64,000 nt of DNA from positions 32,001 through 96,000 of the forward strand of contig JBHLON010000003.1 in assembly GCA_048940445.1 (NCBI GenBank), in the 5' to 3' direction. Each line of letters opens with the position of its first letter. The stretch's first letter is position 1. The position numbers were made by a program, and so were the translations under genes. This DNA comes from Promethearchaeota archaeon (GTDB taxonomy: Archaea > Asgardarchaeota > Lokiarchaeia > Sigyniarchaeales > SOKP01). The notes under the pieces were generated by a model. That model saw nothing but the letters and a program-made list of their open reading frames with translations. It ran no database searches and was not told where the DNA came from. Below, one piece after another: positions 30,198 through 39,821 of this stretch.

Positions 30198-30731
30198 ATG
30201 AAAGCTGGAAAGCTTCTTACAATCATTGCAGCAAGTATTGCAGTTGTAAGTATTCTTTTAGGATTGATTGCACCTCAATATTTTGGTTGGTATAGGATAG
30301 AAGGCTATACTGGAGATTCATTAGTAGTTGGACTCTATACTACTGGTTTTGGTACAATAGTCACAATGCCACCGGGTTATGTACCTTTTCAAATTATGAA
30401 TCTAACACTAGTATCAGGAATAGTATTAATAATTGGAGCTATTCTCTGTATTAATGGAGCATTAGTAGAAAAAAGAACTCTAATTAATATTGGAGGAATC
30501 TTAATAATTATAACACCTTTACTTTCTTTAATAGATGTCCAACTGGTTTCTGGGAATTTTTATATCAATGTTTTAGATATATTGGGAGGACCCGAATTTG
30601 GCACATTAATCTGGGGCAGCTATACAATAGGACCGGGCTCCGTTCTTATTTGGGGTATTTGGATTGGTGCTTTCATAGCATTTGGAGCTGGAATCTTAGC
30701 ATTAGTAGGTGCAGGCTTAAAATTAAAATAA
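30198..30731 (+). CDS. Hypothetical membrane protein
   Basis: GAGGAGGGAG SD, four hydrophobic segments, T-tract after the stop. Confidence 0.8.
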   Translation: MKAGKLLTIIAASIAVVSILLGLIAPQYFGWYRIEGYTGDSLVVGLYTTGFGTIVTMPPGYVPFQIMNLTLVSGIVLIIGAILCINGALVEKRTLINIGGILIIITPLLSLIDVQLVSGNFYINVLDILGGPEFGTLIWGSYTIGPGSVLIWGIWIGAFIAFGAGILALVGAGLKLK

Positions 30732-30995
30732 AATTCTTTTTTTTCTTTTAATGAAAATAGTTTTTAATTTTTAAAATAAGATAAAAATTTATAGGCTTTA
30801 GAGCTAGACTCTTTATTTTCTTCTTATTTTTTATTACACCAACTTTTTAAATCTAAAATCTATTCCCCTTTTTAACCTAAAAATAATAATAAATCTTTAT
30901 AAAAATCATTGATTTTTCTCTTTAATAGAACAAATGTAATTTTAAACCAAAAGGTTTAATCTAACATTAATAGAGTAGAATATAGGAAATCAACT

Positions 30996-32777
30996 ATGAG
31001 CAACTTAATAATTAAAAATGGATTTGTATATGACCCGCTCAATAAAATCGACGGCGAAAAGAAAGATATCTACATTAAAGATGGACTCATTGCCGAAAAA
31101 GTTAATACCGACGCAAAAGTAATCGATGCTTCTGGAATGGTAGTGATGCCGGGTGGTGTTGATATGCATACCCACATCGCTGGACCCAAAGTCAACATTG
31201 GACGAGCTCTACGACCCGAAGATAAAGTCCCTGAATCAAACCTAAAGAAAACTAAGACTACACGATCTGGAACAGGTTTTAGCGTGCTCAGTACATGGTA
31301 TACCGGTTATAAGTACGCCCAAATGGGCTATACTACAGCTGTTGAACCTGCAATGCCACTTCTCGAAGCTCGACACACCCATGAAGAATTCCTTGAAATT
31401 CCAATCATCGATAAAGCTGCCTTACCCATATACGGAAATAATTGGTTCGTCCTGAAATATATACGCGACAATGATATTGATAAACTCACTGCTTACGTGA
31501 ATTGGATACTCCAAGCAACCAAAGGATATGCCATTAAAATCGTAAATCCCGGAGGGGTAGAAAACTGGGCATGGGGAAATGTGTGGCTTTTTATAGTCTG
31601 CACCCTAGAAAATTGTGAAAGTTTAGATGACCTAGTTTTCCATTGGAGCGTAACGCCTCGAAAGATTATTGAAAGTTTGGCAAAGGTTGCTGAGATTTTG
31701 AAACTGCCACATTCAATCCATGTTCATTGTAATAATTTAGGGCATCCAGGAAACTTCAAGCATTCCCTTGAGACATTTAAAGTTTGCGAGAGCATAAAAG
31801 CTAATAATGGTCGAAAAACAAGTCTTCATGTAACCCATTGTCAATTTAATGCATACGGTGGTACAAATTGGAATGATTTCACCTCTGGAGCCGGTGAGAT
31901 TGCCGAATACGTAAATGCACATAAGCATCTTACCATTGATTGCGGTCAAGTAGTATTTACTAAATATGCAACCACTACGATGACTGGAGACGGACCATGG
32001 GTCACAGATGAGTATCTTGTCTGTGCATGAAAGTTCGCGCTCCATCATTTAGGTGGGTATTCCAGCTGGGGTTCAAAGCCAGGCATTAAGTGGGTCAACG
32101 GGCAAGTAGAGGCAGAGTCAGGTTCGGGTATCGTGCCCTATTTTTTTGATCCTAAAAATAGTGTGAATGCGGTTCAATGGGCGATAGGTCTGGAGTTGAT
32201 GCTTCTGATAAAGGATCCGTTTCAAATTGGCTTTTCCACTGATCATCCAAACGGAGCGCCCTTTACCACTTATCCGATGGCGTTCAAATGGTTGATGGAT
32301 CGAAAAAGTCGAGACGAGATGCTCAAGAATTCGGTCCATAAGAAGGCAAGTACAGCATCGACTTTATCTGATCTTGATAGAGAATTATCGCTCTACGAGC
32401 TTGCAATTGTCACACGAGCCGGTACTTCGAAGATTCTTGGGATGAGGGATCGCGGTCATCTGGGTGTGGGAGCTCTTGGAGACGTTTCGGTATATAAATT
32501 AAACCCAAATAACTATACGGGACATGATATTGAGAAGGCGTTTAGTTCGACAGCATACACAATTAAAGAAGGCACAATCGTGGTAAAGGATGGGGAAATC
32601 ACGGCAGCTCCAATGGGAACTTTACTGCGTGCTGAAGGCACACTAAAGGAGAATCTTATGGAGGAGATGCTTGATGACGTGCGCCATAGCTGGAGAGACC
32701 ATTATAGCATAAACTTCAATAACTATGCGGTTCAGGATGCTTACGCACCAAAAGAGAAAGTATTCAGAGGAAATTAA
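30996..32777 (+). CDS. fwdA: Formylmethanofuran dehydrogenase subunit A, interrupted by two 30-nt BHB introns; join(30996..31578,31609..32001,32032..32777) = 573 aa
   Basis: PGGVDMHTH, GYTTAVEPAMP, IKIVNPGG, HSIHVHCNNLG, HVTHCQF, STDHPNG. Both track ORFs (30996-32030 and 32133-32777) are in the same frame, separated by one TGA inside the second insertion. Confidence 0.93.
31579..31608 (+). other. Candidate mRNA intron 1 (30 nt, relaxed BHB/HBh')
   Basis: GGGG-AA^A-TGTG(T)GGCT-loop-AGTCTGCA-CCCT-AG^A; excision converts WG-NVWLFIVCTLE-NCES to WGKNCES. Confidence 0.8.
32002..32031 (+). other. Candidate mRNA intron 2 (30 nt, canonical BHB, contains in-frame TGA)
   Basis: CGGAC-CATG-GG^T-CACAGATGAG-tat-CTTGTCTGTG-CATG-AA^A-GTTCG; excision gives DGPWEFALHHL. 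Confidence 0.92.
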
Positions 32778-32786
32778 TTTTTTCTT

Positions 32787-34607
32787 TTATTTTTTTCTAT
32801 TTAGGAATTCAACTTTATTATTTGTTTTCCAATATCCATTCGGTGGCATCTTAATATTCCATTCGCTTCTTAATTTGTGAAATGTACTTTTTGATGTAGA
32901 AAAGCGATCAACCAATTCATAATTACGATATTGATATACTAGATCTTGAAGCTCTTGTTTATTGATACCCAAGTTTTTAAGTTTCATCTTTAAGTTTTCA
33001 AATGCTACACGTGATTCCGAAAAATGTTTATCTTTTCTTTCTAATACTTTAATGTTTGATTTTTTACATAGATTTGTCATTTTATTAAAATATTTTGCCC
33101 CAACAAATAAAGAATATTGAGCTTGTTGCAAGTGTATCTTTCCACTTTTATCTTTATAGTATTTTGATTCAATAGTTCTTAAAATTGAATTATCTACATT
33201 CAATGCATGTTTCATTCTAACTAAGAATTGTTTGGAGGTAGAACAGATACGGGTAGTTCCACTAAATCCATCTCCATCATAATAACCTCGGATATAACCC
33301 ATTAATAATTCTTTTTTTGAATTCATATTAACTCCTTTTGGAATATCTTGTTTATAAAATTTTGGTAGTGATTTTCTTTTTGCCTTTGAAGAGCTGAAAC
33401 CTTGTAATTCCAGATCTTTAGCAATTTTATTATTTACAAAATTTAAATAAGCGTAATTATGGGATTTTCCCGTTTTATAATGATTTCTGGTTCTATATCT
33501 GATACGATTTTTATCTATTCCTATGTCTTGACATAATCTTTTTATTAGGACATCATCTTTTTTTGATAATTCTATGAAGATAACTTTCTTAGGAGTTTTT
33601 CTTTTGGTTTTAATTCCATTTTTGTAATAATGTTTCTTAGTCATAACACTTCCATCAGCCATCAAAAATCCGAGCCAATAAGCTTTTTGAAGAGTATTGA
33701 TTTTGTTAAAATAGTTTATTTTCAAGTTGGGTTTATGCAAGTGCCATTGTTGGCAAGACTTATCTTTTAAGTCAGTATGGTGGCTAACATAACTGTTAAT
33801 ATGATTAACAAGGTTTTTAGCTTTCTCATTTGGAAAGTTAGATTGTATATTTTTTATGAATCTATTCAGAATTTCTTTAGAGAATTTATATATTGGATTA
33901 TATAGTTTAGAATTTGGATTAAATCTTGGCATTATAGCTTGTTGGATGTAATCATATCCTTTCTTGCTGTTGATGTCATAAATATATTTGCTTAATTTCC
34001 AGTAAGATAATTCATCACGGTATTTTTCGTTTGGGACGAGTTTTCCGACTTCTTTTCGTAGTTTTTCGACGAGCCATAAGGTTGAGTACTTGGGGAGTAT
34101 ATTTCCTTGTTTATCTTTTATGATATCGTTATTATGTTGTTTTGTAGAGGAGGGTTGTTTTATTTCATTATTTTTGGAGAATTTTTTATAGAGAAGGGCA
34201 TCTTTGGGGTTAATAATTTTATTTTTTGATTTAATATTGTTGGTTAGCTGTGGTGGTTGGATTTTGTTGAAACTTGGATGTTTAAGTTCGGATTTGTTCT
34301 TGGAAGGTTTGTTGGGAGAGATTAAGATTCCTTTGGGTATTTTTAGTTTGGGGATACCTTTTGGATCAAGCCCCCAGCATTTGGGAGGTGGGGATATATC
34401 ATTAATTTTGGGGTTGAGAATATCTTCTGGTGAGACTATTCTTGGATCAAGAATTTTGTTGTACTGAGGCGTGGTATAAGAACCAGATGGGTATTTAGGA
34501 TGAGTTATTTTATTATGGGGGGTGTCTTCCTCCTGGATTTCAGGGTTGTGGAGTTCTTCTTTGATATCTTTTTTCGGGGATTGTGATTTACATTTACATT
34601 TTTCCAT
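32787..34607 (-). CDS. Free-standing two-motif LAGLIDADG homing-endonuclease-family protein
   Basis: AYWLGFLMADGSV and GYIRGYYDGDGF motifs; Pro/Lys/Asn-rich N-terminus; C-terminal HTH-like ...WNIKMPPNGYW. Confidence 0.85.
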   Translation of the reverse strand: MEKCKCKSQSPKKDIKEELHNPEIQEEDTPHNKITHPKYPSGSYTTPQYNKILDPRIVSPEDILNPKINDISPPPKCWGLDPKGIPKLKIPKGILISPNKPSKNKSELKHPSFNKIQPPQLTNNIKSKNKIINPKDALLYKKFSKNNEIKQPSSTKQHNNDIIKDKQGNILPKYSTLWLVEKLRKEVGKLVPNEKYRDELSYWKLSKYIYDINSKKGYDYIQQAIMPRFNPNSKLYNPIYKFSKEILNRFIKNIQSNFPNEKAKNLVNHINSYVSHHTDLKDKSCQQWHLHKPNLKINYFNKINTLQKAYWLGFLMADGSVMTKKHYYKNGIKTKRKTPKKVIFIELSKKDDVLIKRLCQDIGIDKNRIRYRTRNHYKTGKSHNYAYLNFVNNKIAKDLELQGFSSSKAKRKSLPKFYKQDIPKGVNMNSKKELLMGYIRGYYDGDGFSGTTRICSTSKQFLVRMKHALNVDNSILRTIESKYYKDKSGKIHLQQAQYSLFVGAKYFNKMTNLCKKSNIKVLERKDKHFSESRVAFENLKMKLKNLGINKQELQDLVYQYRNYELVDRFSTSKSTFHKLRSEWNIKMPPNGYWKTNNKVEFLNRKK

Positions 34608-34753
34608 TTTAATTATTTATTGTGATAATTATTCTTGAGAGTTGATTAGGAGTAGATCTATTTAAATGAAAAATCGTGAAATGAGGATAGAGAATATTTA
34701 ATAGTGATACCATCATTTTGAAATATGTTAGCCGATATGGTAAATCTTTTTAG

Positions 34754-35662
34754 GTGGTTGTTGTCGGTTTGATTTTAAATATGATTGTCTTAATTTCATC
34801 ATCTATTTATATTATATTTTTATTTTGGAAAAAAACCAGTACAAAGAACCAGAAACGAGGAAAGTATGATCTTTTTATAAAGAAACTCCAAAAGAAACTA
34901 ATATATAGACCAGATAGTCATATTCTATGGGATAATTTAGGTCTTGCTTATTATGTGAGCGGAGAATTAAATCTTGCGTGTGATGCTTATAAAAAAGCTC
35001 TTGAGACTAGCGAAGATTCAAGGTCTGCTTTACTAGGGATAAGTGATGTTTATGTGGCAATGGAGGAATTTGAATTAGCTTTAGAGTTTTGCTATCAAGC
35101 TTTTAAGGGTAAAGCGGAGATGAAGATTGATGCAACTACAATGGATATGATGGAGCAAGCATTAGTAAAACCTTATATAGGAGATGAACATATTTGGCAT
35201 ACTCTTAGTTCCATTTATGCGAAGATGGAAGATTATGAACAAGCAATCACTGCAGCGGAAAAAGCCTTAGAGATTAATCCTAAATTAAAAGAATCCTGGT
35301 TAATATTAGCATCAATCTATAACAATATTGGTGAACATGATAAAGCTATCGATGCTGCTGAAAAGGCATTAGAGATTGATGCTAAGGAGTATCTTGCATT
35401 GGGGCATAAGGGGTATGCTTATTATAAAAAAGGAAATAAAGACTCGGCATTTGAATTATTGAATAAAGCAATCTCTCTCAATCCGAAATCTGCACATCTT
35501 TGGTATCTATCAGCTGTAATCAATTTAAACATGAAAAATTATGATAAGGCTCTTGAGGCTGTTGATATTAGTTTACATTACAGATCTCATGACAAAGTAA
35601 TACAGAAACTTCGAAAGGAAATTATTGATTTAAGATTGAAAGATTTGGCGAGCAAGGCTTAA
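34754..35662 (+). CDS. Membrane-anchored TPR protein
   Basis: N-terminal TM; repeated W..LG..Y......A..A..KALEI.P motifs. Confidence 0.9.
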   Translation: MVVVGLILNMIVLISSSIYIIFLFWKKTSTKNQKRGKYDLFIKKLQKKLIYRPDSHILWDNLGLAYYVSGELNLACDAYKKALETSEDSRSALLGISDVYVAMEEFELALEFCYQAFKGKAEMKIDATTMDMMEQALVKPYIGDEHIWHTLSSIYAKMEDYEQAITAAEKALEINPKLKESWLILASIYNNIGEHDKAIDAAEKALEIDAKEYLALGHKGYAYYKKGNKDSAFELLNKAISLNPKSAHLWYLSAVINLNMKNYDKALEAVDISLHYRSHDKVIQKLRKEIIDLRLKDLASKA

Positions 35663-35909
35663 CAACTTGTTTAAAGCGGACTATCTAAGATTTTAGTAAT
35701 ATATTCTTCTCTGGTGGCACTATTGAAAAGTAAGGCATATTACTTTTTTGATTTTTAGAATAATTTAGTTCATTTTCATAGAGAGTATCGTAACATTTGT
35801 TTGGTCATGTCCTAAACCTAATAATCAAAGGTTTTTTGTATTCGAAATGTTTTAAATTAAAAGTAAAATTTCAACCTAATAGAATACTAGAAAGAATTTT
35901 AATTTTAAA

Positions 35910-37184
35910 ATGGTAAGAGAACGTATATTTTGGCAACTTTTTGGTAAACGATTAGTGAGTTATAAAGAACTTGAGAATGGGGAAATAGTAGGTACTGGAT
36001 TTTTAAACCCAATTATAGATAGATTTCGCCTAATAATTATGCTTATTTTTCAGACTAACTATTATAAAAATTATAACTTGGGTCAATGGCGTGGAAAAAG
36101 AGTCGCAAATACATTTTCCCCCCCAATAGGCAGTCGAGCTATGTTCCGAGCTATAAAGAACGTGATTAGAGGAAAAATATTAAGACATGCTCGACCGATT
36201 GCTATGACATTTGCAGTTACGTATAAATGCCAATGCAATTGTGTCCATTGTAGTGCAGGGAAGTTTCAAAAAGTAAACATTCCTGAATTAAGTACAGAGG
36301 AGGCAAAAAGGGTAATTGAAGAAAGCCAAAAGCTTGGAGTATCAATCATAGCTTTTACAGGTGGCGAACCTTTATTACGTAAAGATATTTTTGAGTTGAT
36401 CTCACATGTCAATCAAAAAAAGACAGTTCCGATACTATTTACTAATGGCTTACTTCTTACTCAAGAGAATGTAGATAAATTATCTAAAGCAGGATTATAC
36501 TCCCTCTTTGTAAGCATAGATAGTCCAGTTCCAGATGAACATAATAAATTAAGAGGTATGATTGGTCTTTTTGAAACAGCTATAGAAGGAATTAAACGCG
36601 CGAAAGAGATAGGTATATTTGTTGGATTTTCATCCTATGCTACGCAATCATCTACTAAAGCAGGAAAGTATAAAGAAATTCATGAACTCGCAAAAAAATT
36701 GGGATTACATAATGTGATGTTATTTGATGGTGTTCCAACTGGAAAAATCTTGAAAGATACAAGAGAACTTCTAACAGTGGAGCAACATGAAGAAATTCGT
36801 GAATTTTCATCAAGATTACATAAAAGTAAAATTGTTCCCCCGCTCTCTTCACAATCTTGGCAAAATTCTATTGAATCTTATCTTGCAGGTGTTGGATGTT
36901 TAGCAGCATATATTCAATACTATATCACAGCATATGGGGAGGTAACTCCATGTGACTTTACTCCTTTATCATTTGGTAATATTCGTGATGAACCTTTAAA
37001 GAAAATTTGGATAAAGATGATCCATCATCCCGTTTATAGACATCGAGTAACTGCTTGTAGAATGCAGAATGCAAAATTTCGCTACTTTTATATTGATCCA
37101 ATTCCTGATGAGGTTAAACTTCCATATGATATCAATAAACTTCCAGCGGTAGATTACCGAAAAGAACAAATTCCTAATAATTAA
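35910..37184 (+). CDS. Radical SAM/SPASM-domain protein
   Basis: CQCNCVHC, FTGGEPLLR, GCLAA...GEVTPCDF, C-terminal CRM. Confidence 0.92.
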   Translation: MVRERIFWQLFGKRLVSYKELENGEIVGTGFLNPIIDRFRLIIMLIFQTNYYKNYNLGQWRGKRVANTFSPPIGSRAMFRAIKNVIRGKILRHARPIAMTFAVTYKCQCNCVHCSAGKFQKVNIPELSTEEAKRVIEESQKLGVSIIAFTGGEPLLRKDIFELISHVNQKKTVPILFTNGLLLTQENVDKLSKAGLYSLFVSIDSPVPDEHNKLRGMIGLFETAIEGIKRAKEIGIFVGFSSYATQSSTKAGKYKEIHELAKKLGLHNVMLFDGVPTGKILKDTRELLTVEQHEEIREFSSRLHKSKIVPPLSSQSWQNSIESYLAGVGCLAAYIQYYITAYGEVTPCDFTPLSFGNIRDEPLKKIWIKMIHHPVYRHRVTACRMQNAKFRYFYIDPIPDEVKLPYDINKLPAVDYRKEQIPNN

Positions 37185-37228
37185 TTATATTACTTAAAAA
37201 TCAAGGTTAATTATCAAAATACAATTTA
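37122..37228 (+). repeat. Direct repeat, copy 1 (3' end of the radical SAM gene plus downstream DNA)
   Basis: Core ATCAATAAACTTCCAGCGGTAGATTACCGAAAAGAA (37131-37166) matches 40006-40041 at 35/36 nt. Confidence 0.85.
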
Positions 37229-37346
37229 CACATGATAAGCACAAATCCTAAAAAACTTTAAATGCAAATATCTTTAATTTCAATTTTTATTTGATTAATT
37301 TTATTTTTTTAAAAGAAAAATGGGAACAAAAAAAAATAAATAATGA

Positions 37347-39821
37347 TTAATCTATTTTTTTCTTTCTATGTCTTACTATTGATAAAACTGCTATACTTAT
37401 CACAGCAGCTACACTAATAATATAAATTAAAATAATCAGTTCGATTGGAACTCCGCTGGTTCCTTGACCATACATGCAATCACCATTATTGCTAAAAGAA
37501 TTTCCTTGGCAAAATTGTTCAACGATACATTCATTATTTCCTATTAACGTATTTCCCGAAATTGTATTATAATTACTGCGATATAAGGATATCCCGAAAT
37601 TATTTTCATTGGCAGTATTACCCTGGATAGTGTTATAATAACTGTAAAATAATTCTATCCCATTAAAAGGGTTATTATTTGCGGTGTTTCCTGAAACTGT
37701 GTTATAATAACTGGAAATTAATTCTATCCCATTAAAAGAGTTATTATTTGCGGTGTTTCCTGAAACTGTGTTATAATAGCTGTAAAATAAGATTATCCCA
37801 CTAAGAAAGTTATTATTTGCGAAGTTTCCTGAAATGTCGGAACTATTACAACCTATTAGACAAATACCATAATCATTGTTATTTGCAATGTTTCCCGAAA
37901 TGGTGTTATGATCACAACGTACTAGGTTTATCCCATAAAGATTATTATCTACAGTGTTTCCCAAGAGGGTATTGTTATAAGAATAGTATAATGAAATTGC
38001 ATTAGTACTATAAGAAATCTCCAAGTCTCTTATTAATGAATCATTGCAATTGACCAGTATAACTTGTCCAGCATCAAAAAAATCGTCTGATCTTAAATTT
38101 TTTTCATTAACATAATAATATAATGGTTTTCCATTCACTAGATTTGTAGTGCTAATATCTTGGGAACTCAAAAGTTCAACTGAACCCTCAATAATTAATC
38201 CACATTTATTCATAATATTTCCTGAAACTGTGGTATGATTATTTGAGTATAAGACTATTCCATATGAGCTATCATCTATGATGTTTCCCGAAATGGCGGT
38301 ATGATCACATTTTTCCATTCGTATCCCATATTGATTGTTATTTGCGTTGTTTCCTGAAACTGTGATATGATTATTTGAGAATAAGTCTATTCCATCTGTG
38401 TTATCATCTATGATGTTTCCCGAAATGATGGTATGATTACAGCCTTCCAGTTGTATCCCATCGTTATTATCATTTACAGTGTTTCCCGAAATAGCGGAAT
38501 TATTACTACTCAATAGATAAATACCAAAAAAGGCATTATCATTTGCGTTGTTTCCCGAAATAATGGAATTATTACTATTTAATAGAAAAATACCAAGGGT
38601 ATTGTTATTTACGATGTTTCCTAAAACAGTGATATTAACGCTATTTATTAAAGAGACACCGTAATAATTGCAACTTGCGTTGTTTCCCGAAATGGTGGTA
38701 TAATTACTCTCAGATAAAGGTATCCCAAATAGATTATTATTTGCGATATTTCCCGAAATAGTGGAATTGTTACTATCTAATAGATAAATACCATTAGTAT
38801 TGTTATTTACGATGTTTCCGAAAACAGTGATATTAACGCTATTTATTAAAGAGATACCATAATAATTGTTATTTGCAGTATTACTCAAAATGTTAATATC
38901 ATTACATGACCTTATGTCGAATCCATTATTATTACTATTTGCTATATTTCCTGAAATTGTAATGTTAGTACAATAAGAGACTGAAAATCCTATAGCAATA
39001 TGAGAAACACTCAAGTTTGATACCAATGAATTATGACAATTGATCAGTATCACTTGCCCTCCATTTATAAAATCGTTCAATCCCAAATTAATTTCATTAA
39101 TGTAATAATATATTGGTTTATCATTCACTAAATTTGTGGTGTCTATTCTATTTGGTAATATTCCCTCCCACAACCTAATTCCACAATTAATCATTTTATT
39201 ACCTGAAATCGTGTTATTAATACTATAGTATAAATTTATCCCCATATAGTTGTTATTTAAAGCGTTTTCTGAAATTATATTATTGTTACTATTGAATAAA
39301 TTTATCCCATCATTATTATCATTTACACTGTTTCCAGAGATCGTATTATTAATACTAAAGATTAAAGTTATTGCTGTATCAAAATTATTACTCACGTTAT
39401 TGTTCATTATTAGTCCATTCGTAACGTTACTTAAATAAATACCTGAACCAACAGCATAATTTCCTGAATTATGTAATGTACAATTTTTAATTATAAAAGA
39501 TACATTAGAGTTTTGAATCAAGATACAATTTCCTAGACCACCTCCATCTATCTCCACATCTTCTATAACAAAGGGCTCTGAGTAAGTGCCATTCCCAGTA
39601 CATATTCCAGTATTTTTAGCCACAAACCAATTAGAACTTGGATCATTATCATCAATATAAATTGGGGGGGATAAAGCTGAAATTTTAAAATTTTCATGAT
39701 CTGAATTAATATATTCTCTAAAATCTGAAATTTCATAATTAAAACTAAAGGAAATCATTGGTGAAAAAAGGAAAAGGATACCTAAAATAATTAAGACTAT
39801 TTCATCGTGATTTGATTTCAT
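37347..39821 (-). CDS. NosD-type right-handed beta-helix surface protein with C-terminal TM anchor
   Basis: Many 22-aa ISGNxxNNNxxGIxL repeats, CTGNGTYSEP; start MKSNH at 39821 parallels the paralog's MKSNT. Confidence 0.88.
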   Translation of the reverse strand: MKSNHDEIVLIILGILFLFSPMISFSFNYEISDFREYINSDHENFKISALSPPIYIDDNDPSSNWFVAKNTGICTGNGTYSEPFVIEDVEIDGGGLGNCILIQNSNVSFIIKNCTLHNSGNYAVGSGIYLSNVTNGLIMNNNVSNNFDTAITLIFSINNTISGNSVNDNNDGINLFNSNNNIISENALNNNYMGINLYYSINNTISGNKMINCGIRLWEGILPNRIDTTNLVNDKPIYYYINEINLGLNDFINGGQVILINCHNSLVSNLSVSHIAIGFSVSYCTNITISGNIANSNNNGFDIRSCNDINILSNTANNNYYGISLINSVNITVFGNIVNNNTNGIYLLDSNNSTISGNIANNNLFGIPLSESNYTTISGNNASCNYYGVSLINSVNITVLGNIVNNNTLGIFLLNSNNSIISGNNANDNAFFGIYLLSSNNSAISGNTVNDNNDGIQLEGCNHTIISGNIIDDNTDGIDLFSNNHITVSGNNANNNQYGIRMEKCDHTAISGNIIDDSSYGIVLYSNNHTTVSGNIMNKCGLIIEGSVELLSSQDISTTNLVNGKPLYYYVNEKNLRSDDFFDAGQVILVNCNDSLIRDLEISYSTNAISLYYSYNNTLLGNTVDNNLYGINLVRCDHNTISGNIANNNDYGICLIGCNSSDISGNFANNNFLSGIILFYSYYNTVSGNTANNNSFNGIELISSYYNTVSGNTANNNPFNGIELFYSYYNTIQGNTANENNFGISLYRSNYNTISGNTLIGNNECIVEQFCQGNSFSNNGDCMYGQGTSGVPIELIILIYIISVAAVISIAVLSIVRHRKKKID

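Noticed and set aside
31581-31608. Spliceosomal-like GT...AG intron
   Set aside because: GT-AG boundaries give 28 nt and a frameshift; BHB boundaries (31579-31608) restore frame and consensus
32028-32030. fwdA TGA as selenocysteine or stop-codon readthrough
   Set aside because: Readthrough would still leave a 10-aa insertion in a conserved motif with no homologous Cys at that position; the BHB excision explains both the stop and the insertion
30996-32777. fwdA as a pseudogene or as two separate genes
   Set aside because: All metal-ligand motifs are intact, there is no other lesion, and both interruptions are precise 30-nt structured inserts
32787-34607. LAGLIDADG protein as an intein
   Set aside because: No host extein, no C/S N-terminal block and no HN-C/S/T C-terminal splice motif
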